Below, piece after piece: positions 27,056-37,394 of a stretch of DNA of 64,000 nt. This DNA is from a bacterium (GTDB lineage Bacteria; Hinthialibacterota; Hinthialibacteria; Hinthialibacterales; Hinthialibacteraceae). The position numbers and the translations under genes are program-made. Positions within the stretch are counted from its first letter, which is position 1. The number at the start of each line of letters is the position of its first letter. Under the pieces are notes generated by a model. That model was given only the letters and a program-made list of their open reading frames with translations, made no database searches and was not told where the DNA came from. The DNA lies in the NCBI GenBank assembly GCA_963662285.2, contig CAXXMV010000006.1, forward strand, positions 768,001 through 832,000. The letters are read 5' to 3'.

Positions 27056-29857
27056 ATGCATAGACTTCTAATTTTTCTATTATGGGTGGGATTATTATCT
27101 TCTTCGGTCGGTAACCTGTGGGGAGAATCCGATAATATCTCTGAAGAAGTAAAAAAACTTAACCAAATAATCATTGCAGGACAAGTAGAACATGCGCAAT
27201 CCGCTATTGATTCACTTCCCGCCTCTTTAAACGAACCGGAAAAACAAGCGATTGTTCAAACGCTTAACCGCCAAAAAACCAGCGGCGATTGGATAGTGTT
27301 TTTGAAGGCGCTTGAACAAAAATTTCCCTCGGAACCTCATTTCACATTCATTCTGGCGCGCACCTATTGGCGCGCTGGAATGATAGAAGACGCCATCCAA
27401 AACTGCCAAAAGGCTTTGCAGATCAATGCAAAAGATCCTCTTCTACTTTATCAATGCGCCGCGCTGGCTCAGACGGCGGGGCATACCACTGAAGCGAAAC
27501 AATGGCTGGAAGAACTACTCTCTCTCAATCCCCGGGATTCGGATGGATTGTTTCTTCTGGCAAGAATTTACGCCAAAGAAGGCCAAGTGGATCAAGCGGA
27601 ACCACTACTGCTGCGTTCCATCAAAGCCAACCCAAAGCACTATCTGGCCTATTACGAATTAGGGCGTTTGAAAAATCAAACCAAAGATTACGCTGAAGCT
27701 GAAATTAATTTACAAAAATCAGTCCATTTCTACCCATTTTTCCGCGAGGCCTACAATGCATTGTTGGTCGCATTCGCCCGTCAAAAGAAGCAAAGCGATA
27801 TCAATAAACTAAAATCAATCATCGATCATCTCGCTTACTGGGATGCAAGCCAAGAGGAACGACTACGATTTTCTTTTTTCAATCCTTCTCAAATCAATCC
27901 AAAGCTAGGATACGAACTGGCCGTAGAACTTTGTTTTGTGAAACGATACGATCTGGCGCGTAAGTATCTGGAACGAGTAACCAGCCAAGGTCAAACCAAT
28001 GAACCATTTCTATTTCTTCTATCTCAATTGCGATTCCGGGATGGCGAGTATGCGGCATGTCTTACTTTATTAAAACAGTTGAAACATCCCCGCTCCACAG
28101 AGTCTCAGGCCTTCGCCGAACAAAAAGCATGGTCTCTGTTCAAGACGGGCGACATTGATGGCGCGCAATCATTCTTATCAACCGTTCTTCCAAAATTTCC
28201 AGAATCAAATCAACTGACATCTCTTGCTAAACAGCTAAAATTGCAAGAGAAAACATCAACCAAGAATACCAATCCGAATATTCAAAAAAACTTAACCACA
28301 ACTTTCCTATTTGTTGATGCAACCGAAAAGGCGGGTTTGAACACCTTTAAGCATGTCCAAGGCAATCCAGATAAACGTTGGATTATCGACGTGATGGGCT
28401 CAGGCGTCGCGGTGGCCGATTATGACAACGATGGCGACGACGATATCTATTTCTTAAATGCCCAACCCGATGTAAATAACCCGCAACCTTCATACCGGAA
28501 CGCCTTGTTTAGAAATGATGGAGGTCGGTTCGTCGACATTACCGACACCTCCGGCGTGGGCGATGAGGGATACGGGATGTGCGCTGTTTTTGGCGATGTA
28601 AATAACGACCGCTTACTCGATTTGTTTGTCGGCAACTACGGTTCCAATGCATTCTATCAAAACAACGGCGATGGAACCTTTACCAAAATGACAGACCACG
28701 CCGGATTAGGCGATCCCGGTTACGCGGCGGGCGCCTGCTTCGCTGATCTAAACAATGATGGCTGGTTAGACCTTTTTGTAGGCAATTACATTTACTTTGA
28801 TCCCAAAATCCACGGTGAAATGAGGGACCACTACCACGGAATAGATGTTTTCACCGGGCCGCTGGCGTTCCCCAGTCAGGAAGACCGGCTCTATATCAAC
28901 AATGGAGATGGAACATTCAAAGAAACAGGCAAACAAGCGGGTATCAATGTCTCTGAAGGGCGCACTATGGGATGTTCCGTTTTCGATTTCGATGACGATG
29001 GCTATATGGACTTATACGTCTCCAATGATTCAACTTACAATCATCTCTTAAGAAACCGGGGCGATGGCGAATTTGAAGACATCAGTTTTGTTTCAGGCGG
29101 CGCTTTCAACGAAAGCGGCGTGGCCGGAGGCAGCATGGGAGTCAGCCAGGGCGACTTCAATAACGACGGTAAAATTGATTTATTAGTTACAGCTTATGAA
29201 CAAATGTCCGACATCCTTTACCAGAATGACGGAGATGGCTTCTTCTCAGATATGACATCGCAATGGGGACTCTATACTCCCAGTCACTGGTTAATTACCT
29301 GGGGATCAGGTTTCTGCGATTTCGATTCAGACGGCTGGTTGGACCTTTACACCGCCAATGGACATATCTACCCCCAAATCAATGACCTTGGATTAAACCG
29401 CAGGTATCAACAAGGCATATCGATTTATCAAAATACCGGAGAAAAATTTATCGACGTAAGTTCGCAATCCTTCAATAATAACGCCCCCATTATTGGAGGA
29501 CGGGGTTCGGCGCTGCTGGATTACGATCTAGACGGCGATATGGATATTGTCATAAATTGCGTAGACTCAACGCCATTTTTATTAGAAAACCAGACGCCTC
29601 AGCGAAATTGGTTAAAAGTAACCTTGGATGTTCCCAGCGCAAAATGTTTTGGCGTTAAAATCACGGCTCAAAAAGGCGAAAAACTTTGGAGCCGCCTCAT
29701 CGACGGCGGTTCAAGTTACCTCTCTCAAAACAGCCAAACCATCCATTTCGGTTTTGGTAAAATCAACTCAATCGACCGACTAACCATCCATTGGATAGAT
29801 CAAGAGCCGCAGATTATTCCTAATCCTTCCTTGAACCAACATTTAAAAATCCACTGA
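27056..29857 (+). CDS. TPR + FG-GAP (CRTAC1/ASPIC-UnbV) protein
   Basis: N-terminal TPR helices; many DxDxDGxxD repeats; C-terminal GGSSYLSQ...HFGFG ASPIC/UnbV motif. Confidence 0.88.
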   Translation: MHRLLIFLLWVGLLSSSVGNLWGESDNISEEVKKLNQIIIAGQVEHAQSAIDSLPASLNEPEKQAIVQTLNRQKTSGDWIVFLKALEQKFPSEPHFTFILARTYWRAGMIEDAIQNCQKALQINAKDPLLLYQCAALAQTAGHTTEAKQWLEELLSLNPRDSDGLFLLARIYAKEGQVDQAEPLLLRSIKANPKHYLAYYELGRLKNQTKDYAEAEINLQKSVHFYPFFREAYNALLVAFARQKKQSDINKLKSIIDHLAYWDASQEERLRFSFFNPSQINPKLGYELAVELCFVKRYDLARKYLERVTSQGQTNEPFLFLLSQLRFRDGEYAACLTLLKQLKHPRSTESQAFAEQKAWSLFKTGDIDGAQSFLSTVLPKFPESNQLTSLAKQLKLQEKTSTKNTNPNIQKNLTTTFLFVDATEKAGLNTFKHVQGNPDKRWIIDVMGSGVAVADYDNDGDDDIYFLNAQPDVNNPQPSYRNALFRNDGGRFVDITDTSGVGDEGYGMCAVFGDVNNDRLLDLFVGNYGSNAFYQNNGDGTFTKMTDHAGLGDPGYAAGACFADLNNDGWLDLFVGNYIYFDPKIHGEMRDHYHGIDVFTGPLAFPSQEDRLYINNGDGTFKETGKQAGINVSEGRTMGCSVFDFDDDGYMDLYVSNDSTYNHLLRNRGDGEFEDISFVSGGAFNESGVAGGSMGVSQGDFNNDGKIDLLVTAYEQMSDILYQNDGDGFFSDMTSQWGLYTPSHWLITWGSGFCDFDSDGWLDLYTANGHIYPQINDLGLNRRYQQGISIYQNTGEKFIDVSSQSFNNNAPIIGGRGSALLDYDLDGDMDIVINCVDSTPFLLENQTPQRNWLKVTLDVPSAKCFGVKITAQKGEKLWSRLIDGGSSYLSQNSQTIHFGFGKINSIDRLTIHWIDQEPQIIPNPSLNQHLKIH

Positions 29858-30029
29858 TTAGAAAACTTCCCAACTCATAATATCGGACAACCAAATCCCC
29901 TCTCCCGCTGGGCTACTCTACGTACACATTGTTGTGTGATAGTGGATAGTGGATAGTGGGGAGCATCGGCTTCTAGCCGGTGCGTCAATACATTCCTAAC
30001 TGGATTGGTTCTATTGATGAATAACTTTT

Positions 30030-30237
30030 AATCCTAAAAACGGCAGTTAGATTATCATTCTAAAGTTAATTGAAAAATCTATAGTTATTGAAAAAAACCC
30101 CCTCTTGAATTCTCCCCCAAACTTGGGGGAGAGGGATTATGAACATAAACTACTATATCGTTTAGACTTAGTCATTCAAAACACTTGGGTCATACATCCC
30201 TCTCCCAAGATTGGGAGAGGCTAGGTGAGGGTTGATA
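30030..30237 (-). repeat. ~200-bp composite repeat built on family A palindromes
   Basis: Reverse complement aligns with 50002-50205 and, over ~160 bp, with 48787-48955. Confidence 0.8.
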
Positions 30238-30283
30238 GCAGACGCCTTTGCAAATGAATATACAGCCTTGTCTAAAAAACTAC

Positions 30284-30344
30284 TTGACATATTACCGCGT
30301 TAGTACTATCGTAATAGTAATTAATCTACTAACGCGATAGTAGA
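30284..30344 (+). promoter_or_regulatory. blaI promoter with three TACTA-N6-TAGTA-like operators
   Basis: TTGACA 30284, 17-bp spacer, TATCGT; operators at 30290-30305, 30304-30319 and 30325-30344. Confidence 0.7.
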
Positions 30345-30380
30345 TAGAGATATTAGGTCATCTTTACCGGAGACAAGCCC

Positions 30381-30782
30381 ATGACAAATCAAGAAACTAA
30401 ACTGGTTCTGGCTGAACTTGAGACTTTGGTTATGAAACAAGTATGGAAAAAAGGCCGCGCCACAGTGCACGACGTACGCGACGCATTAAAGCAAACCCGC
30501 AAACTGGCTTACACCACCATACTGACTACCATGCGCAATCTGGAAAAAAAAGGTTTCCTATACCGGGAACTTGAAGGCCGCAGCCATGTATATCTGGCCA
30601 AAGTGCAGCAAAGCGCGGTGCAGAAGAATGCCCTGAGCAGTTTACTGCATAGCTTGTTCGGCGGCTCCAAGGAACTGCTGGTCAATGCACTATACGAAGA
30701 AGAGAACCTGAGCCGCGAGGAATTCGAGAAACTGCGCGAATCAATCATGAAGATTCGTCATCAGGAGGATAATAATGATTGA
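30381..30782 (+). CDS. BlaI/MecI/CopY-family repressor
   Basis: LE-x-x-VM-x-x-VW...ATVHDV...LAYTTILT-x-MRNLEKKG...GRSHVY...LFGGS. Confidence 0.92.
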   Translation: MTNQETKLVLAELETLVMKQVWKKGRATVHDVRDALKQTRKLAYTTILTTMRNLEKKGFLYRELEGRSHVYLAKVQQSAVQKNALSSLLHSLFGGSKELLVNALYEEENLSREEFEKLRESIMKIRHQEDNND

Positions 30783-33700
30783 GTATGCCCATCAAATTCT
30801 CTTCTTTATGGCAATTTCGTCACTGCAAATGCTGATCCTGGGCGCTATCGCCCTTGGGGCGATCCGCTGGCTTAAAATAAATGGATCAACCTCATTATGG
30901 GTGCTGCGCCTGGTATTGCTCTTACCTCTGCTATCACCTATTGGATGGTTGATTCCATCCACAGCTCTGGATAATCTCAAATTACCCGATCATGCATTAA
31001 CCTCAATACCTCTTACCCAAGCAATGGATTATCAGGAGGTTAATACATCACCTGTTAGTAGCGTGGCAACCCAATCTCCACCGGATTTAATTATTAAAAC
31101 GCCTAAGTCAACCGCATCCGCCAAGACGCAATCCCCCGACCTTATGGCTCAATTAGAGCAAAAATCCTTGCCCGGCAATCCTGTGCCAATCCAGCCACCG
31201 TTAGCGCAAATAAGTTTACCATCCCAACAGAATATAAACATCAATTGGCCGCTATGCTGCTTATCGATCTGGTTGATTGGCTTGGCTTTCCTCGCTGCCC
31301 GCTTGATCCATGGACGCATCATTCAATTACGTTTAGTTCGGAGCTCCGAACTCGTGTGTGATCAGCAGGTTTTAGGTTTATTGGAAGAGTGCGCCGCTTT
31401 GATTGGTCTGTCCGGCGTTCCATGTCTGGCCGTAACCAGGGAAATGGGCATCCCGCTGCTGGTTGGTTCGGTGCGTCCCCGGATTCTGATCCCTCCGCAT
31501 CTGCTCGAAGAGCAAAACCGCCAAGGGCTTTGTTTTACCCTCTTACATGAACTTGCTCATATTAAGCGCAGAGATCATTGGTGGATGCTATTGGAAAAAT
31601 CGGTAGCCGCGGTCTATTTCTTTCACCCCATGATCCATTTGGTTCAAAGAAAGATCGAAGAGCAACGCGAATCACTCTGCGACCGTGAGGTGGTTCTCAA
31701 AAGCAGGCAAAAAGCATCCTACGCCGATTTCCTGTTATGCGAAGTGTGGAATGCGGGAAGAAAGAATGATCTGGCTTACGCCATCCCCATGCTAGGCAAG
31801 CGCTCCGTCGTCTCGCACCGGGTGCATAATATCCTGAACCAGGGCAAGTCAACCATGCTAACCAAACTACGCAACGCATTGGCATTAATCATGATCACAG
31901 CGCTAATGCTTCCAGTGCTGGCGCTGAACTCATCATCCAGTGATAAGCAAGCATCTTCCAACAAAAATATTGAACAGATGAAATTGCCAGACCGAACCTT
32001 GAAACTAACATTTAATGGTCTCGCTACAGGTGACGAAACAACTTATTTATATCTATCTGATTCGGTTGCTTATGAGAATGATGAAGAATCATACCGCAAA
32101 CTTTTACAACCCACCGTTAAAGGGCGAACCTTCGATGCTGATACAACCAATTATATTGAAGAAGTTAATATCAATCTTCTGCGGCCCGCTGACTCTTGGG
32201 ATCCTCCATCTAATTTCTTTATGCCAACCCGATCAGCAGATTTCGGGTGGTACACCCTGAAACCAACCCAAATTGGTCAACATAAAATGGTTGCTACCAA
32301 ACAAGGTTATGCGCCGCATTATTTTACGTTGGATATTCCATCTCCCATAATTGACAAAGACAATTCTCTGGTTTTCCCGGGCTTGGACGAGCAGGCCCAA
32401 CTCTTTCTAAAAAAAGCAGATACGTCTATTCGCGCCAGGTTAACTTTCAACGGAAAAGCATATAACAGCGATACTGTTCGCTTCGGCTTTTTCCGGGATG
32501 GGAATTATTATGATATACCTTACCAGAAACTTGAGAATGAAGACGGACTTTACATTATAACTGGCGTAACTCCGGGCGACGCCAGAATCTCTAGCAGAGA
32601 CTATACCGATATCGGCAGCATACGGCGCTCGCCCAAAGAGGTTAGCATTAAACCGGGTCATCAGAATGAAATGTCCTTTGATTTAACTTTACGCGTCGGT
32701 TACGAAATTAATTTCATTCCCAAAAGATTTGCAGATTTCGAAGAGTTTGAAATCGAAGCGCCAGGCATCCCTGAATCGGATACAGGGTCGCTCTGTTTCA
32801 GAAGATGGAGTAAAGACCGTTTTTCTATGGAACTGCCCAAAGAGCATTATAAAATCCGATTGAAGGCGCCTGGATATAAGGTGATCGAATTTGATCCGCT
32901 CGATGAAACCCAAGAAATAAAACTCAATAATCAACTTCTTATGGGTCAATTCTCGCTTGTTCTCGAAAAAGAGACGGCCAATGAATCATCCTCAATCAAT
33001 GGCCATATCGTAGGCAAGTTATATGATGGCGACTTTATGAATCGTGGCTCGCATTTTGAAAGAGCGTTGCCAATTACCGGATTGAAACAGACTTATCATA
33101 TCCGTTCCCGCTTTAAGGAAATCCGGTACGTTTCAGTCTTAAACCGCTATGAAGATAATAATCAGTCGCAAAACAGTGTTAGCGATCGTTGGCAATCTCT
33201 TACCAAAGATGACTGGGTATATGAACCAGAAACGCATCGCATAACTATAAAAAAACCGATTGAAACCGATGTGAAAATATATATTCAAGGTAAAATTGAA
33301 AAACCCTGGGTCTGGAAAACCATAGCCCCCATCATACCCGGTTCGCTGCAAATGCTTACTACCGCCCCCATATCGCTTGAAGAAGCCCGGAAGATGTTTA
33401 ATAAGGTTGAAATTGATCAGAGTAAGAATAACTGGATGAAAGGTTTGAATAAGGAATCAATTCCATCCAAAACCGAAATCGATTCTCCAACCAAATGGCT
33501 GGTAGTCACCGATCGGCTAGGCATTCAAGGCAGGGATTATGAGTTCGACGAGGAGGAAGGCCTCATCAAATTTATTGATGAATCCAACTGCTATGAAGGA
33601 TTCCGTTATCACATATCCTATAAATACTTGAAAGATCCTAAAAAGCCGGAAGAAATAACCGAGGATAGTTTTGGATACTATCCCAATCTGAATCAAGCCA

Positions 33701-34209
33701 AAGCCAAAATCTTTGGCATAACCCAGACAAATGTAAGGCAGCCAAAAGAGATAATTTACCCCAAAGTTATCCAGATCAATGCCGAACCAACCCACGATCC
33801 CAATGTGTATGCTCTTTCCTATGTTATCAAGAAAGAAGAAATGCGGGTTTGTGTATTTACCAGGAACTATTACGAAGAAAAGAAAGTATTGAATTACGGC
33901 ATAGACTATAAATATGATGCCGATAAATCGCTTATCATCCTTCTAAAGGATGACTTAATAGACCGCAACAAAGAACAACTGGTAATTAACGCTGAACCGA
34001 CTTACAACGCCTTCGTCTTCCACCGGCTTCAGTCGGGAGACCCTCTATCTATTAAGGTTGAAGGCCAAACCTTAACCCTTGGTGAAGACTATCAAGTGGA
34101 TTATTCCACTGGAAGAATAACCATTAAACCAAGTGATTTAATCAAACCAGGGGTGCGCTTCCGCATCGACGCTGGTTCGACGACCTTAATGTCGCAAAAG
34201 ATATATTGA
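30775..34209 (+). CDS. BlaR1-like M56 metallopeptidase sensor with large extracellular repeat region
   Basis: TM segments, PRILIP, HELAHIKRRD zincin motif, FFHP and E-x-x-CD; C-terminal ~750 aa after a signal-like TM. Confidence 0.88.
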   Translation: MIEYAHQILFFMAISSLQMLILGAIALGAIRWLKINGSTSLWVLRLVLLLPLLSPIGWLIPSTALDNLKLPDHALTSIPLTQAMDYQEVNTSPVSSVATQSPPDLIIKTPKSTASAKTQSPDLMAQLEQKSLPGNPVPIQPPLAQISLPSQQNININWPLCCLSIWLIGLAFLAARLIHGRIIQLRLVRSSELVCDQQVLGLLEECAALIGLSGVPCLAVTREMGIPLLVGSVRPRILIPPHLLEEQNRQGLCFTLLHELAHIKRRDHWWMLLEKSVAAVYFFHPMIHLVQRKIEEQRESLCDREVVLKSRQKASYADFLLCEVWNAGRKNDLAYAIPMLGKRSVVSHRVHNILNQGKSTMLTKLRNALALIMITALMLPVLALNSSSSDKQASSNKNIEQMKLPDRTLKLTFNGLATGDETTYLYLSDSVAYENDEESYRKLLQPTVKGRTFDADTTNYIEEVNINLLRPADSWDPPSNFFMPTRSADFGWYTLKPTQIGQHKMVATKQGYAPHYFTLDIPSPIIDKDNSLVFPGLDEQAQLFLKKADTSIRARLTFNGKAYNSDTVRFGFFRDGNYYDIPYQKLENEDGLYIITGVTPGDARISSRDYTDIGSIRRSPKEVSIKPGHQNEMSFDLTLRVGYEINFIPKRFADFEEFEIEAPGIPESDTGSLCFRRWSKDRFSMELPKEHYKIRLKAPGYKVIEFDPLDETQEIKLNNQLLMGQFSLVLEKETANESSSINGHIVGKLYDGDFMNRGSHFERALPITGLKQTYHIRSRFKEIRYVSVLNRYEDNNQSQNSVSDRWQSLTKDDWVYEPETHRITIKKPIETDVKIYIQGKIEKPWVWKTIAPIIPGSLQMLTTAPISLEEARKMFNKVEIDQSKNNWMKGLNKESIPSKTEIDSPTKWLVVTDRLGIQGRDYEFDEEEGLIKFIDESNCYEGFRYHISYKYLKDPKKPEEITEDSFGYYPNLNQAKAKIFGITQTNVRQPKEIIYPKVIQINAEPTHDPNVYALSYVIKKEEMRVCVFTRNYYEEKKVLNYGIDYKYDADKSLIILLKDDLIDRNKEQLVINAEPTYNAFVFHRLQSGDPLSIKVEGQTLTLGEDYQVDYSTGRITIKPSDLIKPGVRFRIDAGSTTLMSQKIY

Positions 34210-34292
34210 GTTATCTGTTTTTAGTGAGCAGGTGGTTCTTTGGTGAGTCGATAAGGCCGACGCCATCCTACGCGAAGGTGGATGCAACACCT

Positions 34293-35813
34293 CTAACCCA
34301 ACCACTTTATCAAAAAAGAGATAATCTTCTTTTTGGCCGGGGTTAAGCGGGTGCGGTTATAGGCGTCGGCGGTTTTGCGGATGGCTTCCGCCTGAGTGGG
34401 GTAGGGGTGAATCACCCCGCTCAGTTTGCCCAGACCGATTTTATGGGTCATGGCTATGGTTATTTCGTTGATCATATCTCCTGCGTGACGGGCTACGATA
34501 GCAGCGCCCACGATTTTATCCGTCGCCTTTTTAACATGGATTTTAACGAAGCCGTCTTCCTCTCCATCAAGAACCGCACGGTCCACCTCACTGAAATCAC
34601 ACTGGTATGTATCTATCTCAATCTGCTGTTCTTGCGCTTGCATGGCAGTCATGCCGACATGCGCAATTTCGGGATCAGTGTAAGTACACCAGGGGATGAT
34701 CAGCCCATCGGCTCGGCTCTTGCCGGGGAAAAGGGCGTTACGCGCCACAATCCGCGCCACGGCATCAGCGGCATGGGTGAATTTGTACGCCATGCAAACG
34801 TCTCCCACTGCATATATTCGGGAGTTGTTGGTCTGCATATATTGATTGACATGCACTCCCTGACGCTGGTCAAAATCAACTCCAGCAGTTTCCAGCCCCA
34901 GTCCTTCAACATTAGGCGAACGTCCGGTTGATACCAGTATCGCATCTGCGCTGATCGTTTCTACACCGGATTTTGTATTGATTTCAACTTGTTTCTGGTC
35001 TCCATCAGTGGTGACTCTGGTAACAGTGGAATCTACCCGGATATCTATGTTCTCCTGTATGAATTGACGCTGTACCAGTTCCGCGGCTTCCTCATCATCA
35101 CGCGGCAGGATGCGCGAAACGTTTTGAACTATGGTTACCTGTGAACCAAGCCGTCTAAAAGCCTGAGCCATCTCACAGCCGATGGGGCCGCCGCCTAGAA
35201 CCAGCAGATGACCGGGGCGTTCAGTTAGTTGAAAGATAGTCTCGTTGGTAAGATACCCCGCTTGCTCCAGCCCTGGAATATCGGGAATATGCGCTCTGGC
35301 GCCGGTTGCGATAACTGCTTTCTTGAAGCGCAGGATTGAGCCATCAACCTCAATAGCGTCCGGCGCAGTAAATCGGGCTTCGCCCAGAAATACATCCACC
35401 CCTAGTCCAGTAAACCGCGCAGCAGAATCATTTTGGCTGATACCAGAACGCAGTCTGCGCATACGCTCCATAACAGCGGGGAAATCCACCTCAATATCTG
35501 GCGGAGCGCTCAAGCCATAATGTTCTGCTTGTTGGATATCAGCCCAAACCCGCGATGATCGAATGATGGCTTTGGATGGCGCGCATCCCCAATTCAGGCA
35601 GTCGCCGCCCAGCAGATGACGTTCAACCAAGGCCACACGCGCGCCCAGAGCGGCGCCGATTGAAGCCGTAACCAGTCCACCTACTCCGGCGCCGATGACC
35701 ACCATGTTATAGATATCAGCTGGTTTTGGATTTACCCAATCCGATGGATGAACATGATCCAACAGTTCTTGGTTATATTTATCATGGGGTTGGATGTCGG
35801 GAGTAGTATGCAT
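34293..35813 (-). CDS. Pyridine nucleotide-disulfide oxidoreductase (MerA/Lpd-like, TVP38-associated)
   Basis: GAGVGG, GGDCLNWGC active-site disulfide, GGGPIGCE and HPYPT; no C-terminal Cys-Cys. Confidence 0.88.
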   Translation of the reverse strand: MHTTPDIQPHDKYNQELLDHVHPSDWVNPKPADIYNMVVIGAGVGGLVTASIGAALGARVALVERHLLGGDCLNWGCAPSKAIIRSSRVWADIQQAEHYGLSAPPDIEVDFPAVMERMRRLRSGISQNDSAARFTGLGVDVFLGEARFTAPDAIEVDGSILRFKKAVIATGARAHIPDIPGLEQAGYLTNETIFQLTERPGHLLVLGGGPIGCEMAQAFRRLGSQVTIVQNVSRILPRDDEEAAELVQRQFIQENIDIRVDSTVTRVTTDGDQKQVEINTKSGVETISADAILVSTGRSPNVEGLGLETAGVDFDQRQGVHVNQYMQTNNSRIYAVGDVCMAYKFTHAADAVARIVARNALFPGKSRADGLIIPWCTYTDPEIAHVGMTAMQAQEQQIEIDTYQCDFSEVDRAVLDGEEDGFVKIHVKKATDKIVGAAIVARHAGDMINEITIAMTHKIGLGKLSGVIHPYPTQAEAIRKTADAYNRTRLTPAKKKIISFLIKWLG

Positions 35814-35841
35814 GGTTTAATTCCATATATAAGTTATTGTC

Positions 35842-35893
35842 GGGTGGCAAGGGCAAGACCGCATTGCGGTCAGCCCCTGATTAAACCACCTAC
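35842..35893 (-). repeat. Palindromic repeat family B (with GTAG foot)
   Basis: Reverse complement reads GTAGGTGGTTTAATCAGGGGCTGACCGCAATGCGGTCTTGCCCTTGCCACCC. Confidence 0.8.
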
Positions 35894-35928
35894 GATAGGG
35901 TGAAATTCCTTAACTTAATGACATTGGG

Positions 35929-36633
35929 TTAGGAGGGGGTTGATTCAACCCCGCTCTTCAGTTTGTTTTTAGCGAAACGGACAATCAGAGTTAAGACAAC
36001 CAGAATAACTACAAAAGCGCCGATTAAAGTCCAGGGGATGCGGCCTTGGGTCAGCCCCTGGGCTAAGGCGTCTGAACCGACCACGTAAAGAATGGTTCCC
36101 GGAATCATGCATAACCATGACCACAACACATAAGCGCTGAATGAGACGCTGGTAAGTCCGAAGCCGTAGTTCAACAGGTTGAAAGGGAATAGGGGAACCA
36201 GGCGGGTGATAGCTACAATGATGGCGCCGTTTTCTCGCGTCATGCGATCCAGTTTGCGGAAACTCTCTTTTGATTCCAACCAATCAGCGGCGGCGTCGCG
36301 CGCAAAATAGCGCGCGATGAGAAAGCAGAGCGCGGCGCCGCAGGTCGAGGCGAGGCTGACGACGATTACGCCCAGGATAGAACCGAAAAGCGCCCCGGCG
36401 ATAAGCGTCAAAGCCGAACCGGGTAAAGCGGCCACCGTAGCCGCGACATAGATAGCAGCAAAAACCACCGGACCTAAAACTCCTAAGCCTTCGATATAAT
36501 CCTTAAGACCATTAAATAAGTCAGCCAGCCCGAAATACCTGGCCGCTCCCAGCATGATAATGACGAAAGCGAGCAAGGCGATAGGTTTCCATAATCCCTT
36601 GCGATGCGGGGCTGACTTGTCTTCCAGGTTCAT
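35929..36633 (-). CDS. TVP38/TMEM64 (DedA/VTT) membrane protein
   Basis: LPGSALTLIAGALFG, FLIARYFAR, RLVPLFPFNLLNYGFGLT and MIPGT. Confidence 0.92.
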   Translation of the reverse strand: MNLEDKSAPHRKGLWKPIALLAFVIIMLGAARYFGLADLFNGLKDYIEGLGVLGPVVFAAIYVAATVAALPGSALTLIAGALFGSILGVIVVSLASTCGAALCFLIARYFARDAAADWLESKESFRKLDRMTRENGAIIVAITRLVPLFPFNLLNYGFGLTSVSFSAYVLWSWLCMIPGTILYVVGSDALAQGLTQGRIPWTLIGAFVVILVVLTLIVRFAKNKLKSGVESTPS

Positions 36634-36842
36634 ATTCGTTCCATTCAGGTTAAGCGTCCGGTCAATGTTTGAAGAAGGTAGTCAATACTCTTCCCAAGTA
36701 GTATAACCAACAGTCCATAAAATCAATGGAGTATTTTTTTTTCAAATAAAGTAAACAAAACAATACTTCACTTCGGTATTGTATTTAGGAAGCGGATATG
36801 AAATCCTATGGCAGCGAAGACGGTTGATAATCGAGGTCTAGA

Positions 36843-37394
36843 GTGACTAAAGGTTTAGTGTGGTATCAGCGTTGGATTGAACCATTGGAGGATCAAATGA
36901 TCCGCTCCATCTACCGCATCATAAAGAATCCCCATGATGCGGAAGACGTTTTGCAGAACGCTCTAACCACCATCTATCACAAGTCGAAACTGGTGGAATC
37001 GCATCTCAATCCCCAAGCCTTGATTTTACGCATCGCCATTGATGCAGCCTATGACTGGCTCAGAAAAACCATAAGACGGCAATCGAAGCATATATCAGTA
37101 ACAGACAGAATGAATTCAATTCATGACAGGGATCCCAATGTCAGTCAGTTGATGCAGCAGGATGAGTTGGAGAGTGAAATTATCACGGCTATAGGAAGGT
37201 TGCCCAGAAAGCAATCGGCGGCGGTTTTGATGAGAATAGTAGATGATTGTTCATACAAAGATATTGCTCAATCAATGAATTGCACAGAATCCACCGTCCG
37301 CATCCATGTCATGCGCGGTAGAGAGACCTTGAGCCGCTGGTTATCTCATCTCAACCCGCAACTGGCGGAAAGCGTTAACCAAAATGAAGAATGA
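36843..37394 (+). CDS. ECF RNA polymerase sigma factor
   Basis: DAEDVLQ region 2; LPRKQ...SYKDIAQ...ESTVR-x-HV-x-RGR region 4. Confidence 0.9.
   Translation: MTKGLVWYQRWIEPLEDQMIRSIYRIIKNPHDAEDVLQNALTTIYHKSKLVESHLNPQALILRIAIDAAYDWLRKTIRRQSKHISVTDRMNSIHDRDPNVSQLMQQDELESEIITAIGRLPRKQSAAVLMRIVDDCSYKDIAQSMNCTESTVRIHVMRGRETLSRWLSHLNPQLAESVNQNEE

Noticed and set aside
29938-29959. GATAGTG x3 tandem repeat
   Set aside because: Too short and isolated to support a function.
34293-35813. Mercuric reductase merA
   Set aside because: No C-terminal Cys-Cys pair or N-terminal HMA domain and no mer genes; pairing with TVP38 indicates the related non-Mer family.
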